Shown here in pieces: positions 27,653 to 41,296 of a DNA stretch of 64,000 nucleotides. The stretch is from Adineta vaga (lineage: Eukaryota; Animalia; Rotifera). Under the pieces are notes generated by a model. The model was not told the DNA's origin, did not search any database, and saw only the letters and a list, made by a program, of their open reading frames with translations. Made by a program: the position numbers and the translations under genes. Positions within the stretch are counted from its first letter, which is position 1; every line of letters begins with the position of its first letter. The stretch lies in the NCBI GenBank assembly GCA_021613535.1, contig CP075494.1:16864001-16928000 (forward strand), read 5' to 3'.

Positions 27653-29264
27653 TCCACGGAAAATTTTTTAAACAAATACCGCTAACAAACGCGGTATTTT
27701 CATAGCAGCTGCGGTTGTACCATTAAACACCGCGGAATCGCGTAGAAACCGTCGTTAACCGCGGTATGGTGCACCGTTATGTAAGTTTACCGCGGTTACA
27801 TCAAACGGAACCGCAATGTAGAGCACCGGTGAAAATCGCGATTTCAAAAATTGCGATGAGATATAGATAAGTCGCGGTGTTCAATAAACGCCATCTGTCA
27901 TAACTATTTTTGACGGTCTTTTCATTACAAACCGCGATTTGTAGACTTTTTCCAGAGATAATATTATTCAAAGTATGACAATCTTATTATTTTGCTTGAT
28001 ATTTTCATATTATTCTTGTGATGATAATATGTAACAAAAGTTTCTTCACATAAAATTATAATTTGATAAAAAAACGATTAAATTTAAATTCCCTTTTCTT
28101 TCTCATATAAAATAAAAAGAAAATTATAGGACCATTTCAAATACAGAAATACACATTTTTTATCTAAATCGTGATAAACTCTGTGTGTATATTATTACTA
28201 TCCGCTTCAAGTTTTAATGTGAAATAGATTCAAAAAATAATAATCCTGTAAGTCGAAATGTGAGAAAAATATTTTTGAGTTAAATAAATATGTAATTCAA
28301 ATAAACAGCAGTTTGATCTAATATTAAATGGAATAAAAAGATAATCATGTAAAATTCATAATCATAGTATTGGTCAGATTTTATTTCAACGATTACTAAT
28401 AATAATATCTACGAAGTAGTAAATACTTTGGTATAATATTGACACAAGTATATCTCTTCAATTTCGATTGATAAAAGTCAAATATACCTATCAAAAAGTT
28501 ATTATGTATCTTTCGAAGAGTATATCTACATCTATGCTAAACTACAAGAAAAGTACATCTAAACTTTTCACAATCGTATAATACCGTGATTTATTAACTA
28601 AATATTTAATTAAATCAGCTTTTAATTTAGTTAGTATTTATTGGAATAGATTGAGCATTCATACGCTAATACAATCTTTAGTATAAACAATAAATAACAC
28701 CTTTCCAATCGATATCATTCATCGTCAACTTGAACATCGCAAGAAGTTTCATAAAAATTACAGAGATGGTAAAAATATTTCTAATAATTCTAAGACTTTC
28801 ATAAAACTATTAGAAACTGAGATATATTCGACTAAATCGAAAGATTTTATATCACAGATCAAATAGACTATCATATTTAATCTTATTATAAACATCATCA
28901 GATGGTTCAATGGAATAAATGGATGGTAATCACAAGGTAAGGCGTTCGGATCTAATCAGAGGAACTTGAATAAAAATTAGATAGTGGTGTTTAATGAGTT
29001 GAGCGAGGTATTAGATGACTGAGTGAAGATAGTAGATAGGTTGCCAGCATAGGATGGATGTCAGAAATGATATACCATCATTATGGCATATTTATTATTT
29101 TTCTTTGAAACCGTCAATAACCGCGGTTTGCTATACCGCGGTTTCGGGCGGTGTGGAAAAACCTAATAAAAGGTCTGACTTTTGCGGCTTAATTTAACCG
29201 CCAAAATGAACGTTGCCCTGCACCGCGATTTACAGCGGTTTTTGTCGAAAAATTTTTCCGTGGG
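27653..29264. mobile_element. CMC/EnSpm-like non-autonomous TIR element
   Basis: TIR (T/C)CCACGGAAAA(A)TTTTT flanked by TA; many subterminal ACCGCGG motifs at both ends. Confidence 0.65.
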
Positions 29265-32200
29265 TAAGCAAAAAAGCGCTATACATTACGTTATGTTAAT
29301 TTGTCGAAGAAGACTAACTTTTAATGTTTCAATCTTCCAGTTTCTATGTTAACATGATGATGTCGTAATGCAGATCATATACAAAAAAGTCATATTCGAT
29401 CGAATATGCAATAATACATATGAGTAACAAATATATACTAAAACTCCTGAGATTGTTTAACTGATCTCATATTAGAATAAATCTAATCGAATATTTCATT
29501 CGAATCACTAAAATAAACTCAATGACCAACGATAGAATCTCATAGTTACGTTGCAATAATGGATATTTTTTTCTCATTAAATGTTAAAAATGAGAAAAAA
29601 AAGAGTGAAAGAATAATCCATAATTGATGAAATTCATAAAAAAAGATTTTGATAATTTTTTCTTTTTCAATTTTATGATAAGAAGAATCGTTTTTTTCAG
29701 AAAAATTGTTTTTGATATAGAATGTTCATTTGCTGAGATTATGATCTGAATCAATGATATTGCTTTCATTGAAATTTATCTCAAAACTAAAATTGAATGA
29801 AAACATCAAATTGATCTTGACGTATCTTTTATTTTTGTCACTAAAATAAATCTTACCCTATTCTTTAGATTAAGCTGATATTTGCATTGATTTAAATGAA
29901 AAAGAACATGACTTACCTTGATATAATCGAGATAACAATTATTATTTCAAAAAAATAGAAAATTTATCGGTAAAATGATCGAAGTTAATAAAAGATGATA
30001 TCATTATTTGATATAATGCCAGCCATAATCTTAGAACATGAATTATTTTCGATTTCTGATGTTTTGAATAACTTTTTTGAAATCTTACTGGTTGATCTCA
30101 GTTGGGATTGATGAACAATAGCTCGAATGTTAAAGAAATGAATGATTATGTTGGAATATAAAGATTATTCTCCATTCTGTTTCTTATCTAGTCTTGAGAG
30201 ATGATTATGCATGTACGCTAGATACTTGTGATGGCATTTTGTTTATTTTAAGTATGGATATGAATGAGCTCGCACTATTCGGATTTCATTTCTTTTTGTT
30301 TTCTTTCCGAACTGCGTGTTACATAAGAAATTCTTTATTAATGAACTATTTGTATACAAAATTGTAATTGAATTTTTTGTTGTTGATAGTTTTTAAGCTA
30401 TATGGTGCTTTTATAAGACAACATTTACCATATATTTCCTTTTTTTCTTATAATCGAACTGACCAACTTCTAAGAACTTGCAATGACCATGATGCTCTTG
30501 AACACGTTATTATTATAGAAATGACTATCAATGAATCTTGTACAGATATTTTTCTTTCGTTTATCTTTTTAAATCGATAGTTCGATACCTTTTTTTCTCA
30601 ATCGTTTGAGTTTGATTCCGTTATTGTTTTGGAAAATTAAAATCGGAATTGCTTTTATGCATTCTGGTTGAAAACACGGATCTATTTAGAATTTCTATTA
30701 AAAAAATTGAGTCTATTATGTTTTATCACATCTCGTCGAAGTTCGACGACATTTCAACATACTGACACAAAAAATATCAGTTGCTCTGTATATCACAAAA
30801 GAATTGTCTTCTAAACCGTGTGATCAATTGATCGATGATGCCAAGCTTTTAATAAAATATCTATCACTATATTAATGTGCTCATTCTCAACATCATTCAA
30901 TTAAACTAAACATATATTTTTACTTATCAAAGTCCCTAAAAAAGGTCGGATTCTACAGCGGATCGATTCTAAATACCCTTATATATAATTGTACAATTTG
31001 ATCATCTTATGTAGGTGAATGTTGTCGGTACTTTTTCAAAATACTTTATGGCAATTCAGCGATGGCAAATCATACGCTACGATCCATGCTTTTGATTGGA
31101 TAAACGATGTATAAAAAAAGAAGTAGCAAGACGTATTGTGTCGTGGAAGTAACGCTGTTGATATTGATCGTAGGAAAAGAAAACGTCGAATGAGTAAATA
31201 CATGAACTGCTTCGCTATTTATAGTTCAACATGAGAGTGATTCATATCGCTTTATCTTTTGTTTAGTCTAGACTACTTCCTGTCAATCCCATTGATTAAT
31301 GACAATAACCATATCTAACTCTTCACTCATCAAGTGTTTCCTTTTCGACATCTTTTTCTTAACTATGAAGTTGATTTACTAATAGCATGTTTTCATCACT
31401 TCAAAGAGATAGAACCGTGCATTTTTCTTTTTCTTTTCGTTCTCTTTCTTATATGATGACTCGCCCAGATATGATGTGGTCAAATATAGGGATAACATAT
31501 TAGCCATTAGAAAAAATCGTATTCTTCACAATAATAGATGGCGCTGGAAAACGGAATAACTTCAGAAAATTCATTTATTGCATTACAATCCAGTATACGT
31601 AACGTATGTCGAACATGAGTCATTAGTCTGTTTTTCTAAACGTACGGTTTTAATCATACCTATTTATGGATTGGTTAAGGATGCTAGGACGCGCCTTCTA
31701 TGTACAAAACTTTAAAATACTATACAATATATATTCGCTCATAAGAGGATGATGTCCTAGCGTTTTATTTACTAGTATCTGTTGTGGATTGGTTAAGGGC
31801 GCTACACTACTATAGAGGAAGTATAGAAATTCAGCAAGAACAGAAATTTGTTTAAAATAACAAACGATTGTTGTTTTTAACTTACTCATTAGCCCTTCCA
31901 AATGTTGTTCTATGAAGCTTTGAGCATTTTCACGAAAATGTTTTTTTGACCTTTGATCCTGACACAGACAAACAAACAAACGTACAAACTATTTTTTTTC
32001 ATATGACCCTCCTTTCAGTCGAGGGAACAACAAACTAGTTTTTTGAAAAACCATTTAAAACACTTTTTATGTCAGACTGAACCTTTTTTGGTATACAATC
32101 ATGAAGAGTGCTGTTGGTTTTTGACAGAACCCTCTTTGAGACGCAACCTTCTTGAGGGTTCTGAGTTTTACCAGCGGGCCAAACCCCTAAAAAGGTTCTG

Positions 32201-32460
32201 GAAAACTCCTTTTTTATTTTCAGAGTACTATGGATGGTTCGTCAGTTTTCAAAAAGTTCAGAACATTTTAAACTGAAACAATCATGATTTCATACAAATA
32301 TTAAAGGTTTCGTGCTAGTTATCCGAAACCAATAACAAGTTCACGAATCTTTAAAACTTTCGAAGATTCGCCAGAAGTTCAGCATGTTCACTACTAAACT
32401 CGTGATGGCACAGTAAATTTTCTACTGATCCAAGGATAGATCGTGCTCGCTTTAAAAGAT

Positions 32461-32483
32461 NNNNNNNNNNNNNNNNNNNNNNN
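32461..32483. other. Assembly gap (N run)
   Basis: 23 N bases. Confidence 1.
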
Positions 32484-32594
32484 TTGGTGATAAATTTGTT
32501 GCGTTTCTTTACAAAAGTAGAATTAAGTTTTAATGGTGTTTGCTTTATTACTATCTATGACTTATAGCTAACAGTGTGACAGAGACAGAGCCTC

Positions 32595-33963
32595 TTGTTC
32601 CCTCGACTGAAAGGAGGGTCATATGAAAAATAATAGTTTGTATGTTTGTCTGTGGGTGTCAGGACCAAAGGTCAAAGGTCAAAAAAACATTTTTTTTTTG
32701 AAAATGCTTAAAACTTCATAAAACATCGTTTGGTAAGGATTACGTTAGGAACAAATTAAAAACCAATTATCGGTCGTAATTTCGAAACAAATTTCTGTTC
32801 TTGGTCAATTTCTACACTTCCTCTATAGTAGTAGTTCCCTCGACTGAAATGAGGGTCGTATGAAAAAAAAAAGTTTGTATGTTTGTCTGTCGCAGGTCAA
32901 AGATCAAAGATCGCGGCTTGCAAGATGCACAGAATCTTGAAGTCCTGTACGAGGGGGCACCATTGGTCACTCAAGTTCTACCGTATAATGGTACCCATAT
33001 GTCGTTTTGTACGTTAAAAATCTAAATGCACTGTAATGTAGAAGATGCAATTGTGAATCTAACTAGCGGAGAGTTTTGGTGAAATCGGTAAAAGTGAGTG
33101 GTTTTGCTTTTGGTTCAGTCTTCCCTAGTATATGCAGGACAACCTCTGAGAAAGAGAAATATCTTTGAAAAGTCATTCCATAATGTGTTTCAAACGGACA
33201 CATCTAGCAAATCTTTTGCGCTTTATAGCTTTTCATGGAAATAGAACTGATAAAAGATTAGAAACTAAATGCAGTTGTTGCGCTTGAAATTGAACTATGA
33301 GAAAACGATAGATCGTTAGGGAAACCTGGGAACGATTGGCCGTGAGTGGTCGACCGGAGGGAGACCGACGAACGACCAGTCATTTATTCAAGAACTTTTT
33401 TTAATACAGAACATCGAGCATGGAACCTAAACTGTCTCGGATGATTTTTCAAAATAACTGAGTCGATTTTGTTCATGTGACGAATGCGGTAGGATATCCG
33501 TTTCTCAAAACAGAACAGAAAATAAAGACAAATAAATCAAATAAAGCATATCATTTTAACGTGTATGTATGTATGTATGTATGTATGTATGATACGTGAA
33601 TGAGTGGTCTAGTGTTTTAATTGTAGTTCACGTTATGCTGGTCGCGAGAATAAGCCACGAATAGTCATGAGGTGCCAGCAGGAGAAAGACTGAAAAACGG
33701 CTAAACGCTGATGTTAGTGGCATGATTAATGCAATGCGTTGGAGATTGTATGCTTTGAATACTCTCGAATGACTATATCCAGAAGAAAAAATATTTGCTA
33801 ATAAGAAATTGGACGTTAGAACCGTGGTTTGTTTCGAGTATGCCTTGTTCATAAAAATATACACTTCCAAAGAAAAACCTTATAGGGAAAATAATGAATC
33901 AATTCCATTTTTAATCCATCAGTCGAGGGTTAAGCGAGTCTGGCTCGACGAGCGTTACTAGTT
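32595..33963 (+). mobile_element. HINE family A: two tandem 5' ends (32595, 32835) and one 3' end (33920-33963)
   Basis: Sub-TIR CCCTCGACTG ... CAGTCGAGGG followed by stem-loop CGAGTCTGGCTCG and AGCGTTACTAGTT; internal (TATG)n near 33563-33591. Confidence 0.7.
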
Positions 33964-34090
33964 CATAAAATTCCTGAGACTTTTGATCTAAAGAGTCTCT
34001 TAGGACTATCATGAAGTCGTCTTCTTTGTCAAACATTTTCTCACCCAAGTCAGTCGTAAGTGGACGGAACCAATGTTTGTTAGTAAGAGC

Positions 34091-35139
34091 TAGAGATGGG
34101 TGCGGTTCGGTTTTTCAACCGAACCGAACCAATCAGTTCAAACCGATACTTATGAAACCGACATCAGTTTCGGTTCGGTTGAATTTCTACTTAAAACTGA
34201 TTCAACTTAGGCAATTACCAATATCGACCTAAATGCAATTGGAATCCCATTATCTGGTATTTTTGTTGCTAGATCTGAAGCCTGGGAAAATGAAGGTTTG
34301 AGATGAGAATCAAAGGGATATATCTTAGAATATATGAAATAAAGCATATATTTATAGGAAATTGGTGTGCAATCACAAGAACCTCAATATTTTTATAAGT
34401 ATGTTTTTGTTCAAAAGTCGTACCGCCAAAACTGACAACTTCTGATTATAGATTAAAAATTAGTTTATAAAAACTCGGAAGTTTATACTGCGTGTCTTTT
34501 TATAAATGTGTCCTAATGTAGAATATATTGAGAGAGCAGTACCTTTTTTCACTTTTCGGAAAAACTTTTTAATTCTTTAAAAGCGTTACGAATGCTTTCT
34601 AAAACTGCCTATGACTTTTCAAAATTGTGTGAGACGTTCCACCATATTTTGAAGTGTTCTTATATATTTGCCGAAAATTTTAAAGTATTCGTATCTTTCT
34701 GAGAAAAGGTGCAAACTTTGTGCTCGATTAACAAAGTCATATATGCCCCAGGATAGTCATTTGTCAATACTCAACACTCAACTAATGCTGATTTTGGAAT
34801 TCATATTATTTGGTAAATTGTTTTTGGACGAGAAGTGTTCATTTAGAATGGATAAGATCCCACACTTTCGATTGATATACTTTCATGAAAGTAACTGTTT
34901 ATGCAAACAATAACAAACGAACTACAACTAACGTTAACAAATCTTAGTTTCTACTAAGCAACTTTTTTACACATATATAGTTCGGTTCGGATCGGTCCGG
35001 TTCTATTTTTGACAGCATCGGTTCGGTTCGGTTCAAATTCTCTTCTCAAAATTTTCATCGGTTTTGGTTCGGATTGCAAAAAATATTTCTGTTGCGGTTC
35101 TGTTTAAATTTTGAAAAATGCGAACCGTGTCCACCTCTG
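34091..35139. mobile_element. hAT-type non-autonomous element
   Basis: Perfect 8-bp TSD GTAAGAGC; imperfect TIR TAGAGATGGGTGCGGTTCG / CGAACCGTGTCCACCTCTG; subterminal (GGTTC)n. Confidence 0.85.
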
Positions 35140-35663
35140 GTAAGAGCCAAGTTTGAAGAACATGACTGATGTGAAAGCATAGTTTATCTGCGCTTCAGCA
35201 CTTTTTTACAAATCAAATCTGCAATATGAGCTTTGGTGTTCTCATGGAGAAGTAAGCCTTGTTTTGCTGCCCTCCAAGTTTTTCTACAATTCACTCGAAT
35301 TGCTGACATTAAAAATCAGTATTAACAGTGCTAACAGCGCTGGAGCAATTCTCTCAATGAGTTTCGCTCTATACGTGCCAATAAGTGCTCAACATAACTA
35401 TCTTTATATGAAATTTCTTTCTCGGTATTGTTATGCCATTTTGTCCAAATCGCAGCTACTGTTGCTTGCGACTGTCGTTGACATATATTACACTGTTAAA
35501 GGAACAGCAGAATACAGAACTCTAGTTTTTTGCTTCACATGCTATAAACTCATTGAGCGTTTTCGTCAATCTATTAAACGCTTAAAAGGTTAATTACCCG
35601 AAGAGTTTCTGAAAGCAAGGATATATACAACTAAAGAGTTCATGACACTAAAATCTAGCGAGA

Positions 35664-36185
35664 AAAGATTTACATTCTACTCTTAGGAGGATATTAATCT
35701 ATGTTCTACTTCGATGGTTTTGTATTTTTCGATTAAGGGTAGATTGGTCTATGGATGATGACAGAGAATTCTGTGTTCGTCGGTCAAAGGTAGATCAGTA
35801 TACGCATCCCAAAGAAGATTCCTTAGCTTTTCGCAAAATGTAGACTAATATATGGATGATCAAAAAGGGTTTTGTATTCCTCAATTCAGGATAGATTAAT
35901 ATACTGATAACCATGAAGGGTTCTATATTCCTCAGTTGAGAACGCATTAAACTACTGATGATCATGAAGGGTGTCGTGCGGTTCGGCTAAGGATAAATCA
36001 ATATACGTATGATTGAAAAAGGTTTCATATGCCTCGGTGAAGAGTAGAATGATGCATAGACTATCGTGCAGAGTTCTGTATTGTTCAATTAGGAGTGCAT
36101 CAATCTACAAAAAACCACAAACAGTTTTGTGTTCGATGGTTACGGTAAGACTGACCTTGGGCTAATCACGAAGGATCTTATATAG
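35664..36185. repeat. Degenerate 51-bp tandem repeat, about 10 units
   Basis: Unit starts at 35715, 35766, 35816, 35867, 35918, 35969, 36020, 36071, 36122; e.g. GGGTTTTGTATTCCTCAATT...ACTGATAACCATGAA. Confidence 0.7.
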
Positions 36186-36338
36186 GTGATCCAACAACAT
36201 TTTGATATACATTTCGAACCACGCAGTATATGGTATAATATTAAGTTAATAGCTTTTCTTTTTTTGTGATAGTTAGAGGCATCGTGGGATTGTTCTAAAG
36301 GATTGAGTTTATCATGTATGAAGCACTGACTTTTAGAA

Positions 36339-36715
36339 ATCGGTGTGAAGCTAGCACGACGGAGCTAGCACGACGAAACAAAGATTTAGCTAAAACGTCT
36401 TTTATAAAGTAAGTCCCGTCCATAAAAACGAATACATTCGACTCAGAATTTAATTCTGCATCGAATGGTGCTACTTTTATTATTCACGGGGCAAGCTTTG
36501 GGAAAAGTTTTACTTACATCTTTATTTTCCTCCTGTGTAAGAGAAAAAAACCTAGATAAAATTTTTCCAAAGCTTGCCCCGTGAATAATAAAAGTAGCAC
36601 CATTCGATGCAGAATTAAATTCTGAGTCGAATGCATTCGTTTTTATGGACGGGACTTACTTTATAAAAAGTGTTTTAGCTAAATCTTTGTTTCGTCGTGC
36701 TAGCTTCACATCAAT
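36339..36715. mobile_element. Mutator-like foldback MITE
   Basis: About 160-bp near-perfect inverted arms around a ~45-bp loop; 9-bp TSD CTTTTAGAA (36330-36338, 36716-36724). Confidence 0.88.
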
Positions 36716-37543
36716 CTTTTAGAACTGGTCTTCCATCGTAATCGTTCGCATCTAGATAGTATGAACTCAGATTATGTAAATACTAATGACTGGTCCTTCT
36801 ATTATAGACGTATTGAAGATAATTTAGCCCGAGTTTCAGTTATGTCACTTGGAAAATTCCTTTTCATGATCTCAGAGCGTTGTTTTTAGGCAAGGAAATT
36901 CTCGTGTGTTTCTTTTGCTTGTGAAAAGCATTCATTGTTTCTTCATATCAAAATTTAGACAACCATCTTGGAGTACTTCTCAACTGAGTGCTACAGAATA
37001 TCACCGTTCCTGTCACATTGGCGCACGAATCAATAGCTCGTCAATTCTTAGCTTAACTATAGTTAATGTAGTTCTTGATGTTAAGGCTTTCGTGGCTTTT
37101 TGACAGCTGGAATTATGTAAATCAATTCGCTACATTTCGCAGATTTCAGAGCACAAAACAAGATTTGATTGTGTCTCGAAGTCAATGAACCCCTCAAGTG
37201 TTGAAAGACTTTCACATGCCTTCGGAGATTCTAGCCATTTAGTATCCTCGAATAAGCGTACATCTATAAGTATCAGAAACTCTCGCAACTTCGAGATATA
37301 TTTCAGACAACTCTAAGAGTTTCTGAGAATCAAGGTAATATTTGCCAACATTAAGGATTATCAATCTAAAATTGTAGTATATTAAGGAAAAGGAATTTTT
37401 CGTCCACTTACATTCGAGATAATACTCTTCCATTTTGATCAATTCATTTTAATGATACTACGCTAATTGATATAATACCCATCATACGTTACACAATACT
37501 ATTGCGATTTAATATTGGTTTCGTCACACAATCGTTTTTTCCT

Positions 37544-37693
37544 CAGCAGTGTCACATATTCCGCAGATCGGGGATGCATCCTCATCTCCTGCGGAAGATG
37601 AGTCCGTATCCATTGGGAGATGCAGTATTTAGTGCGGGATATGCGGCTATCTAATAGTGAGGGTGCGCATTCTGCGGGATATGTGACACCACT
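37544..37693. mobile_element. Small MITE
   Basis: IR GTGTCACATATTCCGCAGA / TCTGCGGGATATGTGACAC; TTTTTCC on both flanks. Confidence 0.6.
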
Positions 37694-37826
37694 CTTTTTT
37701 CCAAAAAGCTATGTGCTGTTTCCAGCATAGTCAAGAAACAAGTGTCGAAATACAGTTTCAGTTTGATATCCAAAAATTATCTTGCTCCTTTTCAACCAAA
37801 TAAAGTAATTTTGTCTTTTTCATTAA

Positions 37827-38754
37827 CCCTTTACGGCCGGCTAGCAGAAAATAACAATAAAAATGTTAATACTGCATATTCTTTGTCGTTTATGTATGGG
37901 GGTTACTCAGTTCCAACATGAGCTTTCAAGAACTAGGTCAAGAGCCATTTCATAAAATTAATAAAGTTAGATTCTGAGAAAGATATTTTGTCTATTCATA
38001 GTTATGGCTATATATTTCATATTATGTTATAAAGATATCATTAATTTTATCAAGTTTCTCTAAAAGTGCTCATCAATTCAGCGGGATTTCGATCCAATTT
38101 AAAGCACATCATAGTGTTCTTATGAAGCCTACCATAAAGTATCACAGATTTCGTTAGAATCTAATTGATAAGCACTTTTAGAGAAACTTGATAAAATTAG
38201 TGAAATTTAGAGTATTTTGATCAACATTGAAGGTTTATTGAAATATATAGTACCGTAACGCTTCATGAGATGGACGAAGGAACTAAGTATGCTTTTCTTT
38301 GACAATATAGAATACAACTAACAACAACCTATTGAACTTTTATGGGAAACAATTGACTGACTTTTCTAACCTGTTTGTACCCTTACGGCCGGATGTTACC
38401 TAAAAGTAACATGTGGATATTCTGTAGTCCTAGTGTACAGATTAATCCATCTTAAAAGCCTGATAAATAATGGAGTCGGATACGAAAATTAACCACTAGT
38501 CACCTCTCATATGGGATGCTTGGACAAGCGATGCGAAGGTCATTTTCGATCGGAGGCTCTTTTAGATGTTTCCGGGAAAATTTCTCCCACTCGCCAACAA
38601 TAGGCTATTCCTTTCTCCTATATGCATAGATTCGTGCTAAATACGTGTAGTTAATTATCAAATAGTTTAAGAAACTATATCTCTTTATCCTAAGACAAAT
38701 TCTAAATTGATATTAGTAAAATATTACCTAACGGTAACATCCGGCCGGAAAGGG
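37827..38754. mobile_element. piggyBac-like non-autonomous element
   Basis: TTAA flanks; TIR CCCTTTACGGCCGG / CCGGCCGGAAAGGG; extra internal TIR copy near 38380 and an internal IR at about 38040-38200. Confidence 0.8.
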
Positions 38755-40094
38755 TTAAATAGGAAGTGATATAATGTCTTCTCTTTCATTATTGTTCAGT
38801 TAAAAAGAAGATACTCCTTGATTAATTATATGAGACGAATGAATATGTCTATTAGACGTATAAGAAATATCACGATTCTTTATTTTTTCGTTCACGTTCC
38901 GAGGAAAAGTTTCTGCGTTGTTGAGAGATTATTTATATTGTTTTATCGCAGTATATCCTACATTATGAGAAAATGCTTGTTCTTTTGTTTAACTGAGAGA
39001 CAGAAATGGCTTTTCTGTTTAATTTGAATGCAAAAATAGCTTTAAGCTCTTCTGCTTAATAGATATATGGAAATCAAGCCATTTTTATTTGTTTCAATTC
39101 TGAATAATAGATCCTTATTTATTCTTCCACTTGAACATAGATGACCGCATCTATCATTTACCTGCAACATAATACAGATTCTCGAATTTTCTTTCATTAT
39201 GATAGATAAGAAAGTTTTGATCTTTTTTATCATTTGAACCATACAAATAGACTGGAGGTTTTTCAATTATTTGCTTCATAAAGAGTGTCTATGTTTGTGT
39301 TTGTAATTAATCGACAAAAAAGTTCGTGATTTTTGTTAAGTTAACTCATAAGCGCAGATATGTGAGTTTTTTTTAGTTAGGATCTACGAATAGATCCTTT
39401 ACGCCTCGTTTCACTCCGATACAATTGCGGCGCCAGTTGTAGTTTAGTAAAGATTTGTCCAAACAGAATTTAGTTTTTCAGTGCATTAAATTCTAGAGTG
39501 AAAGTTTCTTTTATCTCGTTCAATAAGGTTATAAAGAGAGATTCCCATTGTAGTTTTGAGTCCAATAGTAGCAAAAATGCTACACTCGTTCGATGATTAT
39601 TATTCAAAATCTACTTTATAAAAATCAGTACCTAATCTTTGTGCATAAGGTGTTAAAGAATGTCAACAATCTCTCAAATCATCTTCGAACGAGATATATG
39701 GTTATTCATTCCGAAAGTTCTCGTGGATTTCTTAAAGCAAAGTTAATGTAACACTGTGCTAATGCGGAAATAACGTAATATGACACGGCGAGTGAGTAAC
39801 TGTCAGCAGCTAGTGAAGCTAATTTTTGGTATTTATTGGAGTTTCTAATGTGTTTGTATGGATTGTGAGATAAAACTCACATAGTTTTTCCATATACGTA
39901 CGTGTATATACATCTAGACTGGGGTCCTGACTCCCTCATGACCTTTCTCAGGATCTAGAGGAGTGCCATGGAAAATTTGATGGCGCTACCTATTATAGAG
40001 ACCGAATGCATAAAGAACAGACAAGCAAATAGACAAACAAAAATTCTTCTTTATACACATAAATATGGAAATTTCTTTTATAACTCAGCAATGG

Positions 40095-40270
40095 TACAAC
40101 CGATTGGGCTCATCTTTGAACTCGACCGAGATATCAATGAGACTAAACTTTGTAGAAAATTTCACCTCAGTCTGATTCTCCTTTCGAAAGTTATCGTGTT
40201 AACGGCCGGCCGGCCGGCCGGACATACTGACCGATTATAGTAGTGTACTCAAAAAGTGAGTACACTAAAA
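40095..40270 (-). mobile_element. DINE-1/HINE-like family B, inverted copy
   Basis: Reverse complement aligns with 2010-2180 (ATCGGTCAGTATGTCCG..., GATAACTTTCGAAAGGAGA). Confidence 0.6.
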
Positions 40271-41224
40271 CGACTAGTTTTCATAAACAAATAACTATGG
40301 CAACTAGAAATATTAGCTACTGTTATACCTTCTCAGAATGGTTGAGAATAACTCTTGCCATGTCAGAAAGACTTTTTCCAATGACTGAACCATGTTCTAT
40401 AAAGGATCAGTATTCTATTTGAAAAAGTATTTCTCATAACCTTAGTAAAAATCAAATTGGAAAATTTCATCAATTATCTATGAAATTATATTGATTGATA
40501 CTGAAAAGTTTAGTCATATTTTATGAAAGTCAACGTTTTTGTTCGAATGATTCTTCTCTGGAGCACAAACTCATATTAAAGAAATTTAACGAATTTTATT
40601 GGCTCCGAAGATATCCCCACGACTTTTACGAAATTTATAGAGCTCTTTAAGTTGACTTTCGCTGGTAGGAAAATGTCGTAGCGTTGTGCTGTTAGTTTGC
40701 TTCAATAATTTAGTAACCTAATATAGAATAAAATTAGTGTTAGCAGAAAAACTAGAACGTCTTAATGACGGTTCAAAAATAGGGAAGAATAGAAATAAAA
40801 GTATAGTCAATGCTCCTTCCGAATATACGTATTCAAAAGATTCTTCTATAATCACATTTAAGAAAACATAAGATACTGACGTTTTATTTGCGACCATATG
40901 AATGCGGAAAACAGCCAACTAAATCGAAATATGAAGTTATTATTTTTCTATATTTACTAGTAAATATATTTACTTTACAAAAGTAAATGGTAAATGTTTT
41001 ATTTACGATTTACTAGTAAAGTAAAAGTAAAGTGCCACTCCTACTGTGTATATAATGTGTTAATTTGACAATTTAGTTCAATTTTGTTTAGAAAGTATAA
41101 CATCCGACTCAAGGTAAAATATATCTTGAAGGTGTGGGTGTGAAGTTGAGAGGAAGGATGGTTATGTGAAAACCAGTATTGTATTTTCGACATTGGTTAT
41201 CACAGTACGAGAGTTGAAATAGCG

Positions 41225-41296
41225 AAAGGTGCTAAAGGAACTAAAGGGAGTAAAAGGACTGAAGGCACTAAAGGTACTAAAGGGAGTAAAGGGAGA
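41225..41296. repeat. 9-bp minisatellite (AAAGGNNNT)n
   Basis: aaaggtgct aaaggaact aaagggagt aaaaggact gaaggcact aaaggtact aaagggagt. Confidence 0.7.

Larger units (their letters stand above)
14173..32030 (-). mobile_element. Helentron/Helitron2-type rolling-circle element (decayed, with nested insertions)
   Basis: Minus-strand 5' end TTGTTCCCTCGACTGAAAGGAGGG (32030-32007) and 3' end CAGTCGAGGG-TTAAGCGAGTCTGTCTCGACGAGCGTTATTAGTT (14216-14173) bracket a minus-strand Rep-helicase gene. Confidence 0.65.
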
